Assembly: GCA_000004985.1 (NCBI GenBank) | Contig: GG738868.1 | Length of the DNA: 64,000 bases | Strand: one strand, 5' to 3' | From: Naegleria gruberi | Taxonomy: Eukaryota | Part shown: one piece after another, positions 50,834-62,552 of the stretch | How positions within the stretch are numbered: position 1 is the stretch's first letter | How the letters are laid out: every line of letters begins with the position of its first letter | Notes under the pieces: generated by a model | Databases searched by the model: none | What the model was told of the DNA's origin: nothing | The model's input: the letters and a program-made list of their open reading frames with translations, nothing else | Translations under genes and position numbers: made by a program

Positions 50834-51613
50834 CTATTTCTTTTGAATTAAATCTAAAAATTGTACTAGAGAAATAAACAACTCTGGTTTTTCTTCCTTT
50901 TCCTCACCTGAACTTGAATCCTCTTCTTCATCTACTTTGAAAAATTCACTATCATTTCCTTCTGATTTAACTTTTTTAGGAGGAGGTTTTTCATTCTTCT
51001 TAGTGGGAGAATTTTTAGATTTCTTCTTTTCCCATCTTTTCATTTGAAGATTATATTCCTCCTCTCCCAAAATATGTTTTACAAATAAATCAAACTCTGT
51101 TTCACTTTTTAATTGATCAACTCCCATTTCAAATAACAGCTTTTTCAATGCTTTAATTGGTATATATCGTTCTCCAAAACTATTCAAAACAAAGAATTTT
51201 GCAAATATATCCTCATAATCGACATCTTTTTCCAAATCATATTGTCTACTCAATATATCAAGAAAATCACCAAATGTAAAGAATTCATCACCAGATTTTA
51301 AATGTTGATTGAAATGAAACATTAATTGATCACTGGTCGGTGCTGCTCCACATAATCTCAAACATTCTGCCAAGTCCGAATAAATATTTAAAGCCTTAAT
51401 GTTTTTTTGTTTTTGTTTTCTATCGACAAGAACTCTCTGATAAACTCTTTCATAGTTTTGAATTTTGGCTATTGAAAATTGAAAGAGTGATTTGTTTCTA
51501 TCCATATAATTTCCACCAATCCTTGTTAGTGAGGGAGAAGGAGTTGGACGAGAGGATGATGTTGATGAAGTTGAAAAAGTAGGAGTAGATGAAGCCTTGA
51601 TAAAGGATGACAT
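50834..51613 (-). CDS. Hypothetical protein with EF-hand-like pair and K/E-rich tail
   Basis: 259-aa ORF ending 4 bp from the convergent UPF0538 gene. The EF-hand-like helices are DEFFTFGDFLDILSRQY...IPIKALKKLLFEMGVDQLKSETEFDLFVKHI. Confidence 0.4.
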   Translation of the reverse strand: MSSFIKASSTPTFSTSSTSSSRPTPSPSLTRIGGNYMDRNKSLFQFSIAKIQNYERVYQRVLVDRKQKQKNIKALNIYSDLAECLRLCGAAPTSDQLMFHFNQHLKSGDEFFTFGDFLDILSRQYDLEKDVDYEDIFAKFFVLNSFGERYIPIKALKKLLFEMGVDQLKSETEFDLFVKHILGEEEYNLQMKRWEKKKSKNSPTKKNEKPPPKKVKSEGNDSEFFKVDEEEDSSSGEEKEEKPELFISLVQFLDLIQKK

Positions 51614-51799
51614 TTTTTTATGCTATGAATTGAATTGATGGTATAATCATTTGATGGTTACTTTAGTTGATTATTAATCAGTTATTAATTACGAGAGGAA
51701 ATACATATGTATTTCAAACTACTGGTAATCTTATGTAAATTGAGGGAGATGAAATATTTGATGTCTATTGAAATATTTCAATAGTTATTAAATGTTAAT

Positions 51800-52357
51800 T
51801 TATTGTAAAACAATTTCCATTAAATAACAATCTTTACATTCATTTTCAGGTAATCTATCATTAATATAAAAGTTTTCAAGCTTTTTAATATTCTTAAAAC
51901 CAATCTTTTCATAAAATTGAATTGCACTTTCATTTGTGCATTGAACATGAAGATGACATCTATCAATTGAAAACTTTTTACAAATTTCAAAAACTTTGGA
52001 AATTAATTCACGACCAATTCCTAACTTTCTATATTTTGGTAATACACCTAATAACATTAAATAAATTGATGGATTTCCTTCACAAGAATCAACTCTACAT
52101 GAAAAACTTCCGACTGGTATATCATTGAAAATTGCAAATTGATTAAATTCTGGTCCTTTTTGAAGTATTTGTTCATATACAGATTCTCTGTATTTAATTG
52201 GATAAATATAATTATTTAAAATCTTTAATTGTTCAATATTCTTATCAATAATTCCCAACAAGCGTAACTTTTGATTCTCTCCAAGCTTTTTTTGACTGCT
52301 ATGTGATGAGAAGAATGAACGATGGTCAATTAAATTGGCTTGATTAGTAGTAGTCAT
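51800..52357 (-). CDS. N-alpha-acetyltransferase 50 (Naa50/NatE catalytic subunit, GNAT fold)
   Basis: GVLPKYRKLGIGRELISKVFEICKK...CHLHVQCTNESAIQFYEKIGFKNIKKLENFYINDRLPENECKDCYLME matches the Naa50 acetyl-CoA binding and C-terminal regions (RRLGIG...LHVQISNESAIDFYRKFGF...NYYKRIEP). Confidence 0.72.
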   Translation of the reverse strand: MTTTNQANLIDHRSFFSSHSSQKKLGENQKLRLLGIIDKNIEQLKILNNYIYPIKYRESVYEQILQKGPEFNQFAIFNDIPVGSFSCRVDSCEGNPSIYLMLLGVLPKYRKLGIGRELISKVFEICKKFSIDRCHLHVQCTNESAIQFYEKIGFKNIKKLENFYINDRLPENECKDCYLMEIVLQ

Positions 52358-52633
52358 ATTAATATCCGATATATATTGTTAATAATGATGATGATGAAAA
52401 TTAAAGCCAAAATAATAATGAAGAAAAAGGCTAATTTTTTTTAAATTTCAATTTTACATTTCAAATGATGATTATTGCAAATTGTATTATTGTTTAGTTG
52501 TAACAAATTACAATCACGTTCATTGGTTTCGGCTACGTAACCTGATGATGATGACAATGATAATCTTCATCAATAATGAACCAACAACACAACTTGTAGC
52601 CACAACAATACATCGAAGGCTAATTTTAAAAAA

Positions 52634-54180
52634 ATGTCTTCGTCTGATAACAACAACACTCCACCACCATCAGCATCATCATCTTCTAGTGGTAGTCAAC
52701 AAGAAGAAAAGCAACGTATCACTCAAGAAGCTATTCAAAATGTTGCCAAATATCTTCCAAATGAAGATAAAAAGAGAGCCGAACAAGAAATCACCAAGGA
52801 TAGAAAATTCTGGAACAATCAACCTGTACCAAAGATTCGTAAGTTTAGCATATTTAAGACTCTAATAGTAGTATTCATTGAATTCCAACCATTGATTATT
52901 ATTTATACAATTTGATATTATAATACAAAATCATAATCATCATACAATAATTCTTCATCATCATCTTTATAAACACTTTATTATTAATACATATATATGA
53001 AATTACAAAATGATGGAAAATAGATGAAAAGGTTGATCAATTAGGAGAAATTGAAACTAGAACTGTGGATCAAGTACAAAAAACACCATTTGCCTTACCA
53101 AAAGGTTATGAATGGTACAATTTGGATGTTGATAATGATGAAGATATGGGTAAATTGTATGCATTATTAGAAGGTAATTACGTAGAAGATGATGATGCCA
53201 TGTTCCGTTTTGCTTACACAAAGGAATTCTTGAAATGGGCATTGGCACCACCTGGATATAGAAAGGATTGGCATTGTGTTGTTAGAGTTGAATCATCAAA
53301 AACATTTGTTGCATTTATTGCTGCTATTCCAATGTTAATTGGATTACGTCACCAACAAGCTGAAAGTGAAGAAAAATTCGATAAGAATGTTAAAATGGTT
53401 GAAATTAACTTTTTATGTGTTCATAAGAAATTGAGAGATAAGAGATTGGCACCACTTTTAATTGGTGAAATTACTAGACGTGTTAATTTAACAAATGTTT
53501 GGCAAGCTATTTATACTGCTGGTGTTGTGATTCCACGTCCAATTAGCAAAGCTAGATATTATCATCGTAGTTTAAATCCTGAAAAATTAATTGATATCAA
53601 ATTTAGTTCAATTCCAAGCTTTGCTCGTAGTTTTTCAAATCCAATGGAAGTTACAAAGAAATATTATAGATTGAATCCAAAAGAAAAGATTCCAAATATT
53701 CGTCCTTTAAAGTCGAAAGATTGTGCTCAAGTTGCTGCATTGTTAAATGATTACTTGTCAAGTTTCAAAGTTGCACCAATTTTCACAAAGGAAGAAGTTG
53801 CTCACTGGTTTATCGGTAGAGATGGTGTTATTTATTCATTTGTTATTACAGGTGATAGTGATGATAAGATTATTGATTTTATTTCATTCTATTCACTTCC
53901 AAGTACAATTATTGGAAATCCAAAACATCAAGTTTTGAGAGCTGCTTATTTATTCTTCTACACTTGCAAAAATACCAAAGTTGAAGAATTAATGAAGACT
54001 GCTTTAATTGAAGCTCAAACAAGAGATTTTGACGTTTTCAATTGTGTTAATATTTTGGATAATAAGGAATTTTTGGACAAGCTTAAATTTGGTACAGGTG
54101 ATGGTTATTTGTACTATTATTTATTCAATTACAAATTCCCAGATTTGGAACCAGAACAAGTTGGTTTAACAATGCTTTAA
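52634..54180 (+). CDS. nmt: Glycylpeptide N-tetradecanoyltransferase (N-myristoyltransferase); 2 exons (52634..52838, 53024..54180)
   Basis: Exon 1 ends ...RKFWNNQPVPKI with a GTAAGT donor in phase 1. Exon 2 (acceptor AAAATAG) continues HEKVDQLGEIETRTVDQVQKTPFALPKGYEWYNLD...NYVEDDDAMFRFAYTKEFLKWALAPPGY...EINFLCVHKKLRDKRLAPLLIGEITRRVNL...FGTGDGYLYYYLFNYKF...GLTML. There is near-colinear identity to NMT1, including the catalytic C-terminal carboxylate. Confidence 0.92.
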
Positions 54181-54257
54181 ATTATTAAAATTTGTAAAGT
54201 TTTAATTTTCATTGTATTATTAATATTATTATTGAAAATGATCGTTCATTCAATAAT

Positions 54258-55821
54258 TCAATTGTGTTTGCTCGAATATTTAACTTTTCTTACTACTATA
54301 TCAATTTGAGAATTTAGGTATTTTACAATTTCTGGAGTATGTTTGAATGCTGATTTGAATTGTTCATTCTTTCTCAATATCTCAAGGTTATCACCTAAAA
54401 AACTACTAATATCAAAATTTGCTAATTGTTCAGATTCTTCTGCAAAATATTTTAATAAATTTTGTAAAATTTCAATATTTTCATTGTCCAGTTTTTCTAT
54501 TTCGTTTAAATATTTTACAATAAAGAAAGCAATAAATTCAAATAAATTATTCTTGTTATATATTTTAAAAAACATTAACTTGTGTCTTTTAAATTTATCT
54601 AAACGTTTTAAATAAACAACTAAATGTTTAAATATAGTAGTAATTGTTTCATTTAATTTTTTTAAATAATTATTATAGTTATTTTTCACAGTTAAATATT
54701 TAATAAATTTTTCCACTTTCTTATTAATTTTAATATTTTCCCTTTCTTTCATTAAACCTCTATATGTGGATGACCATTTAATTTCTTTCTTTTTTTTACA
54801 TTTTTTATCATCATCAACACACATTAATAATTTTTCAAAATCTGTAGTATTATCTTTAAATTTATAATTTTCAAAGATATTAGGTTTTTTCTTCTTCTCT
54901 TGTTGAATAATGATATATAATAGATGATTCTGATGAATAATGATAAGACAAATTATTATTATCATCTTGATAATCATCATCATTATCATCATCATAGTCA
55001 TCATTATAATTATTAGCAATTAATTGATGTTTATATACAAAATCATTATTATTATTATAAAAATATTTTTCATCATAATAGGTTAAAGGTTCAGAATACT
55101 TAAAATGAATTGAATTTTTCTCTCTATTATTTTTTTCAAATCCTTGATAATTATTTCTAAATTGAAACTTTGTTTCTTGTAAATTATTTATAATACATTT
55201 TAATATTCTTTTTTTAATATTTTTATTTAATATATCAGGTAATATATTTTTAATTCTAATAATTTCCTTTTTTAAATAATATCTTAATTGACTTGAACTA
55301 TTGTTAGAAAAAGAATGTTCACTTGGTATTGTATTTTCATAATATTTTTTAAACCCTTTTCTTCTATTTACTTTAATAGTTAAATTATGACTTTCCAATT
55401 TTGTAATTATTTTTTCTAAATTTATTTTTAAATAATAAAAACATAATTTTTTATATAAAATTTGATGTTTATCATAAATTTCTAAATATATATTTAATTT
55501 ATTTGATACTTTATATAAATTATTACAAATATCATGTAATGTTAAATATTTAAATACATGTCTAGTCCATATTTCAATTGGTAATAAATCAATTATATTA
55601 TTATTATTATTATTATTTGAATTGTTGTTATTAATAGTTTTATTATTATTAAATAATATTATTGTATTGTTATGATGATGTTTTAAATGATCAATAGAAG
55701 AGGAAGGTGAATATAATTCATTATCATCATTTAAAGTATTTAATGATGATGATGAATATAAATTATTATTATCATTATCTACTATTATTAAAGGAGAAGA
55801 TGGTGATGATGATGATAACAT
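54258..55821 (-). CDS. F-box-like hypothetical protein, extremely N/K/Y-rich; 2 ORF segments (55821..54880, 55019..54258) needing an intron or frameshift
   Basis: The upstream segment contains the F-box-like IDLLPIEIWTRHVFKYLTLHDICNNLYKVSNKL. The two segments overlap by 140 nt in different frames. AT content is about 85%. Confidence 0.4.
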
Positions 55822-56373
55822 TTTTTTTATTATTATTCCAATTGATGATGATTGTTGTGCGAAGATAATTTTTAATAGTAGCTGATGAACTTTGAAAGTT
55901 TCATTTCGGTATTTAAATTCCGATACAATTTCGGTGATTCCAATTGTTAATTATGTTATTCAATCTACTATTATCTACAATATTTGAATTTAAGAGTGTA
56001 AAGTATTCTGTAGTGCAATGTTGAATTCTAATAATTCATACATTTTAATTTTGTATATTTAAAAAGTTATCTTTCACATTTCAATAGTCTAACATATTTT
56101 CATCAATATAATAGTAGTAGTATTGTATTCAAACCTATAATTATAAATATTAAAGTAATAAGAAACCTACTTCTCTCTAGAACCTTATTAAACAATTTTT
56201 AAACCTCAATAAAAAAAAATACCTCAATTATTATTCATATAACTACCAAACTAAACCCTTAAACTTACTATTTATTCAACTACTACTACTACTCTGAAAC
56301 TCTAACTTTCTATAAACATAATACTATAACTATTACAATTATTAACATATTACAATTATATTAAACTATTACA

Positions 56374-57471
56374 ATGAAAGAATTTAAAAGTAATTTTATT
56401 CAACAAATTTATGATGAAGTTGAATGGGTTATTCAAGATGAAAGAAAAGAAAATTTAAATAATATATTACCAAATATATATTTAAAATCATCATTTCATA
56501 TTATTAATTCTTTATTTAAATTATTATTTTCTATAAAAAGAAGTGAAATTTTAAATATTATTGATTATCATGTTAAAGATGATGTATTAAATACATTAAA
56601 TGATATTATTAATGAATATAATAGTGAAGAATGTAATATTGAATTTATTGAATTAATTGACTTGACTAAAAATGTAATGAATTTATTTAAAAAATATATT
56701 TTACAATTAAATTTTAAAATTGAATTAAATTATATTGAAAATTATATTAATAATAATAACGATATAAATCCATTTATATTAAAATATTTATTATTAATTT
56801 TAAGTTATTTACAAAATACTTCTAAAGTATTAAAATATATTAAACAAATATTTAATATTGAATATTTACAATCTATTGATTTAATTTATATTTGTTTAAT
56901 ATTATTTAATTATGGTAAAATTAATAATAATTTAAAATATTTAAAAGATTCATTTTTATTAATTTTATATTCACGTGTAACATTACCTATATTTAGTGAA
57001 AATATTTTAATTAAAATTGGTAATTATATTTTAAATAATTATAATATTGACGAAGAATTTGAATTTATAATTAAATGTTCATTTACATTTAGTAATAAAT
57101 TATTATTTAAAGATGCAAATTCTTTTAATTTCCTTTTAGAGAAATCAAAAGAATTATATAAAAATATTTTTGATTATAAAAATGAAAATGAAAAATTAAT
57201 TTGTCTAATTTCATGTTTACATAATTTTAATTTAGTTATTGATTTAATTTCTAAAAATAAAATAATATTAAATATTGAATTGTATGATAAATTAAATTTA
57301 TTATTTACAAATATATTATATTTAGTAAAATTAAATTTAGAAATTGAAAATGATTTTATTAATAAAATTTATAATCCACTATTAAATAGATTAATAGAAG
57401 AGAATAGAATGGTAATGAATGTATTAAATTATAGAAATCATCAACAAGCACTTGTTGAGAATCTTTTGTAA
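56374..57471 (+). CDS. Hypothetical I/L/N-rich protein (365 aa)
   Basis: Long uninterrupted ORF in very AT-rich DNA. No motif I recognise. Confidence 0.35.
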   Translation: MKEFKSNFIQQIYDEVEWVIQDERKENLNNILPNIYLKSSFHIINSLFKLLFSIKRSEILNIIDYHVKDDVLNTLNDIINEYNSEECNIEFIELIDLTKNVMNLFKKYILQLNFKIELNYIENYINNNNDINPFILKYLLLILSYLQNTSKVLKYIKQIFNIEYLQSIDLIYICLILFNYGKINNNLKYLKDSFLLILYSRVTLPIFSENILIKIGNYILNNYNIDEEFEFIIKCSFTFSNKLLFKDANSFNFLLEKSKELYKNIFDYKNENEKLICLISCLHNFNLVIDLISKNKIILNIELYDKLNLLFTNILYLVKLNLEIENDFINKIYNPLLNRLIEENRMVMNVLNYRNHQQALVENLL

Positions 57472-58165
57472 ATTGATTCTCTTTTACTATTCATTTAGTT
57501 CCATTTATATTTAAACACTCTATATTTAATATTCTGAAATTGTCTTGTCAGTTATTTATTGTATATTGTTAGTTTGTTAATTAACATACTGTAATAAAAA
57601 CTTGTATTTATACCAACACAATCACTTGTTAAATACCTACCAATACATGTAATGAATGTTATTGATTGTGATAGAGAGATTTTCAAAAAAAAACATCACT
57701 AGACATTACCAATTGCCTTATATGTTGTTTGTGGACCTTTCAATTCACTCAAAATAACTACTTGTCACCTCCAACAACATAACCGTTGCAAATTTTCAAA
57801 CCAACAATTTTCCTCAATTAAAAAAAAACAACACAAGTATTGAGGTCTTGTTACTTGTTACTTGCTCGTCTCCCTGAAGGATCAAAGTCAGAACTATTGA
57901 TTCGAACTCTAGGCTATTCAAAAAAAGAGTTATATACTACCTTCATCTGCTCTGCTCATCATATATTGATCTAAGGCTTTTTATTGAAGCCTTGATATCA
58001 TCATTGTACAAAATCTCTTCCTTAATAATATTATTAATATTAAACTATTATAATAATATCAATTTAATAACAACTCACTTGGTATTGTCATTCCGTAGTA
58101 CAATATTGCTACACCTATCTATAAAATTATTGATATAATTCATTAAAAACATCATCATTACTAAA

Positions 58166-59980
58166 ATGAGCGTACATAGTTATCATAGTAATAATAGTCA
58201 GCCTCATCAACAACAACAACAAAATGAAAATATAAATACAGACTATTATAATATAAATACATCATCTTGTAATAATAGTATTTCAAATAATAATAATAAT
58301 AATAAATATTTTGATGAAGTAAATTATGATTCAACACTTGGAGCCTATTCAAATGAAGATTTATATAAAGATTGCGAGAGAATGATACAACAACAATATG
58401 GATTAAAACCATCATCACCATTTAGAGATTTAAAATTCCATTTAATACAAGAAATATTTTCATCTATTACTAAATATATTCATCAACAAGTTGAAAATTT
58501 CAAATCAGTTAGTATAAATAATATTGGAAGATTTTCATTTATTACAAGTCATTTAAATACAGGTAATAATGGAATTATTGAAAGTAAAAAATTAGTATTT
58601 GTAATGAGTGAATCTTTTATTAGAGATTTTAATTTAAAAATTTGTAAAAGTTATAGAAAATTTGTAGATAATTCAATTCCAACTATGGAAGTTAATTATT
58701 TTTTAATAGCACAACAATGTTGTACAAGAAAGGAAATTGTAATGTTAGCTATTAGAATGTTTAGAAATAGATTAGGTGAAATTATGTCAACTGGTAAAAA
58801 AGTTTTAATTGAATTTACTTCAATTGGTCAATTAAAATGTGATAAGAGAATTGTTTCTGATTTTGATTTTATTGATAAATTTAGAAAACCTTTAAATTCA
58901 AAACAACAGAACAAACATGAAACAATGAAAAAGAAATTTAATAGAATCATGTCAAGAGAAGATTTAAAATTATTAAACAAGATGAGAATTGAACATCAGC
59001 AACAAGAATATACTGCACAACCACCTCAAACAAGTCGATCCATGATTTATTCAACGAGGAGTAGTGTGAGTGGTGGTTCAATTCGTAATCCATTCACAAT
59101 TATTCACGATATGAAAACAACAAATAATAGACCATTAAGCTCATCTGCATCTTCAATACGATCCTATCATTCTACTAGTAGAATATCAAATCAACAACTC
59201 CAGCAACAACAACAACAATTTGCAAGAGGTAATGGAGTGAATGCAGTTAGAAATTTACAAAATCATCAACCAAATACTTTGAATTATGAACCACATCCAC
59301 CTTCAATACCAAGACCACCACCAACATCTTCATTATCTTCACAAAGATTAACACGTGAAACATTGGATACATTTAATAGGCAACAACCACCACAACAACA
59401 GAATCAAACAGTACTTCCATCAGATTTTGTAGAATCACAATTTTCACCATCAACAAATTATGGACCCTATGATAATGGATTTAGACAACCCAATCCAACA
59501 GCAGCTAAGAATGTAATGAATATGGCAGTTAAAAGATTTGAAAAAGAATTGGAATCATCTAGAAGAAATCAACAAAAAGAATTAGATGATTTTTATAGAC
59601 AATTAATTCATAATGTATGTGCTAGTGAAGAATTGAGAAGAAAACAGAGAGAAGAAGCCTCCAATATACAAAATACATTACTCAATCAAATGCAACATAC
59701 AGGTGCAAAGAGACAAATAGAAGATCATGAATATTGTAATTTCTTTTTAGATGAAAGAGATGAAAATTTAAATGCTAATAAGAATGCTTTATTAATGGGT
59801 TTTAAAAAATCAAAGAATAATGAAAGAAATGCAGTTTCAAAAAGTTTACCTTCAATACCTTCATTACAAGCAATGAAACCAATTCAAAAAATAATGCTTA
59901 ATGAAAATAATCCAATTGAGAAGGGTTTAAGAATACCAGATAAGCATGAATTATTTGATTATTATAATGAATTTAATTAA
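58166..59980 (+). CDS. Hypothetical Q/N/S-rich protein (604 aa)
   Basis: Long ORF with poly-Q and poly-N runs. The N-terminal globular part of about 250 aa has no family I recognise. Confidence 0.4.
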   Translation: MSVHSYHSNNSQPHQQQQQNENINTDYYNINTSSCNNSISNNNNNNKYFDEVNYDSTLGAYSNEDLYKDCERMIQQQYGLKPSSPFRDLKFHLIQEIFSSITKYIHQQVENFKSVSINNIGRFSFITSHLNTGNNGIIESKKLVFVMSESFIRDFNLKICKSYRKFVDNSIPTMEVNYFLIAQQCCTRKEIVMLAIRMFRNRLGEIMSTGKKVLIEFTSIGQLKCDKRIVSDFDFIDKFRKPLNSKQQNKHETMKKKFNRIMSREDLKLLNKMRIEHQQQEYTAQPPQTSRSMIYSTRSSVSGGSIRNPFTIIHDMKTTNNRPLSSSASSIRSYHSTSRISNQQLQQQQQQFARGNGVNAVRNLQNHQPNTLNYEPHPPSIPRPPPTSSLSSQRLTRETLDTFNRQQPPQQQNQTVLPSDFVESQFSPSTNYGPYDNGFRQPNPTAAKNVMNMAVKRFEKELESSRRNQQKELDDFYRQLIHNVCASEELRRKQREEASNIQNTLLNQMQHTGAKRQIEDHEYCNFFLDERDENLNANKNALLMGFKKSKNNERNAVSKSLPSIPSLQAMKPIQKIMLNENNPIEKGLRIPDKHELFDYYNEFN

Positions 59981-62313
59981 ATTTGAGTAAATTGTTGATA
60001 ATATTGATAATATTGTTGATAGTATTGTTTGTATTGATCCAATGTCCATCGTTGATCTATTGTTGATGATGAATTAGATAATGATGCATTAGTGTCAAGT
60101 TTAGTTTTCTTTGCATCAATTGTGGAGGTGGTACCATCAAGTCTTCTCTTCTTTTGATTGTCATGATTCTCTTCTTCCAATTTTGTAATTGCACTTTTAA
60201 TTTCTTGAATCTTTTCCAATGAATTAAAATATTGACTAGTATAATGTTTTAATAATTTTAATATTTCAATCTTGAATGCAACTTTATCAAATGATGATTC
60301 ATTATTATTACTATTGGTATTATTAGTAGTAGTATTGGTATTATTAGGTAATAAACCCCACATACTCATATAATGTTTAACAGTTTTATCAACCATTGTA
60401 TTATTAGAATTCTGATCTTCATCAACCATCATTTCATTATTTTGATGAGAATCAAAATTAGATAAATCTAATTGTAAAATAAAATTAATTGCCTTTTCAA
60501 AATAGGAAATATCATTTGGATGATCAATTAAATATTGACTTTCAAATTCTAAATAAGCTTGATATGGTTTTTTTAAATTTGAAAATTGTAATAAACATTG
60601 ATTAAATAAATTTCTAGTTTTTTCCAAATCCTTTTTTACTTTCCAATTAAATTTAATAAATTCCAATAAAAAATAACATTTTGAATTTTTACCTTTAATT
60701 AAATTTAAATTTTGTTCAAATAAAAATTCAACTTTTTGATAATTTAATTTTCTTTGATAATAATTAATACAATTTAAAATTGATTCTAAATGACCAATTG
60801 ATTTAACATTAATTAAATTATTATATAATTCATCAATTTTATCATTTTGATTTTCTAATTGTAAATATTCAATATATTGTAATGTAACATAATATTTATC
60901 TTTTAAAACACTATAATTAATTAAACGATCATATAATTCATTTAAATTTAAATTTTCAGATTTTAAAAAATTAAAATATAAATTCCAAAATTCAATATAA
61001 TAAGAACAATAAACAATAAATCTTTCAAATGTTTGAATTAAATGTTCTTGATCACACCACTTGTTTTGTTTTTGATAATATTCATTCTTTTCATTTTCAA
61101 TATATTTTCTAAAATGTTCCAATTCATAATCTTGAAATGGTTGTGGATGAAAATATGGTCTACGTATTAAATCTTCAAATGAACGAATTCTTTCCAATTC
61201 TTTTTTAGTTGGCATGTATAATTGTTCTCTCCAATAACTTGTTAAATCATTCAATTTTTGTGATTGTTGATATNNNNNNNNNNNNNNNNNNNNNNNNNNN
61301 NNNNNNNNNNNNNNNNNNNNNNNNNNNNNNNNNNNNNNNNNNNNNNNNNNNNNNNNNNNNNNNNNNNNNNNNNNNNNNNNNNNNNNNNNNNNNNNNNNNN
61401 NNNNNNNNNNNNNNNNNNNNNNNNNNNNNNNNNNNNNNNNNNNNNNNNNNNNNNNNNNNNNNNNNNNNNNNNNNNNNNNNNNNNNNNNNNNNNNNNNNNN
61501 NNNNNNNNNNNNNNNNNNNNNNNNNNNNNNNNNNNNNNNNNNNNNNNNNNNNNNNNNNNNNNNNNNNNNNNNNNNNNNNNNNNNNNNNNNNNNNNNNNNN
61601 NNNNNNNNNNNNNNNNNNNNNNNNNNNNNNNNNNNNNNNNNNNNNNNNNNNNNNNNNNNNNNNNNNNNNNNNNNNNNNNNNNNNNNNNNNNNNNNNNNNN
61701 NNNNNNNNNNNNNNNNNNNNNNNNNNNNNNNNNNNNNNNNNNNNNNNNNNNNNNNNNNNNNNNNNNNNNNNNNNNNNNNNNNNNNNNNNNNNNNNNNNNN
61801 NNNNNNNNNNNNNNNNNNNNNNNNNNNNNNNNNNNNNNNNNNNNNNNNNNNNNNNNNNNNNNNNNNNNNNNNNNNNNNNNNNNNNNNNNNNNNNNNNNNN
61901 NNNNNNNNNNNNNNNNNNNNNNNNNNNNNNNNNNNNNNNNNNNNNNNNNNNNNNNNNNNNNNNNNNNNNNNNNNNNNNNNNNNNNNNNNNNNNNNNNNNN
62001 NNNNNNNNNNNNNNNNNNNNNNNNNNNNNNNNNNNNNNNNNNNNNNNNNNNNNNNNNNNNNNNNNNNNNNNNNNNNNNNNNNNNNNNNNNNNNNNNNNNN
62101 NNNNNNNNNNNNNNNNNNNNNNNNNNNNNNNNNNNNNNNNNNNNNNNNNNNNNNNNNNNNNNNNNNNNNNNNNNNNNNNNNNNNNNNNNNNNNNNNNNNN
62201 NNNNNNNNNNNNNNNNNNNNNNNNNNNNNNNNNNNNNNNNNNNNNNNNNNNNNNNNNNNNNNNNNNNNNNNNNNNNNNNNNNNNNNNNNNNNGTATTCAT
62301 CAACATGACACAT
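59977..62313 (-). CDS. HAT/TPR-repeat protein (Prp39/CstF77-like half-a-TPR repeats), interrupted by assembly gap
   Basis: W/Y/F-spaced helical repeats occur in the readable part (YWREQLYMPTKKELERIRSFEDLIRRPYF..., FIVYCSYYIEFWNLYFNFLKSE..., KPYQAYLEFESQYLID...). The 5' part of the gene lies in or beyond the N-run. Confidence 0.4.
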   Translation of the reverse strand: MCHVDEYXXXXXXXXXXXXXXXXXXXXXXXXXXXXXXXXXXXXXXXXXXXXXXXXXXXXXXXXXXXXXXXXXXXXXXXXXXXXXXXXXXXXXXXXXXXXXXXXXXXXXXXXXXXXXXXXXXXXXXXXXXXXXXXXXXXXXXXXXXXXXXXXXXXXXXXXXXXXXXXXXXXXXXXXXXXXXXXXXXXXXXXXXXXXXXXXXXXXXXXXXXXXXXXXXXXXXXXXXXXXXXXXXXXXXXXXXXXXXXXXXXXXXXXXXXXXXXXXXXXXXXXXXXXXXXXXXXXXXXXXXXXXXXXXXXXXXXXXXXXXXXXXXXXXXXXXXXXXXXXXXXXXXXXXXXXXXXXXXXXXYQQSQKLNDLTSYWREQLYMPTKKELERIRSFEDLIRRPYFHPQPFQDYELEHFRKYIENEKNEYYQKQNKWCDQEHLIQTFERFIVYCSYYIEFWNLYFNFLKSENLNLNELYDRLINYSVLKDKYYVTLQYIEYLQLENQNDKIDELYNNLINVKSIGHLESILNCINYYQRKLNYQKVEFLFEQNLNLIKGKNSKCYFLLEFIKFNWKVKKDLEKTRNLFNQCLLQFSNLKKPYQAYLEFESQYLIDHPNDISYFEKAINFILQLDLSNFDSHQNNEMMVDEDQNSNNTMVDKTVKHYMSMWGLLPNNTNTTTNNTNSNNNESSFDKVAFKIEILKLLKHYTSQYFNSLEKIQEIKSAITKLEEENHDNQKKRRLDGTTSTIDAKKTKLDTNASLSNSSSTIDQRWTLDQYKQYYQQYYQYYQQFTQI
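61274..62292. other. Assembly gap (1019 N)
   Basis: Continuous run of n characters. Confidence 1.
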
Positions 62314-62552
62314 TGTTATTTATTATTGTATTCGTTAATAGTTAACAACTATTTTAACGATCGACAAAATGTCGAATATCAAAACACAATTAAAAAAATA
62401 TTCTAAACAATAACAACAAAATAGTATATTAAGTAATACTCTCTCTTTGTAAACATCAACATCAATAATAACATAGTTTTAATCGAGAACAATAAATAGT
62501 ATCCATCATATCATAATAATAATAGTATATATATATATTTATAATAATAATA

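Noticed and set aside
57880-57915. tRNA-like T-loop sequence GATTCGAAC
   Set aside because: The flanking bases do not form a T-stem, and no acceptor or anticodon arms can be drawn on either strand. I found no convincing tRNA anywhere in the window.
61209-62406. Long ORFs consisting of X runs (61209..62345 +, 61251..62306 -, 61264..62406 +)
   Set aside because: They are artefacts of translating the 1019-nt N gap.
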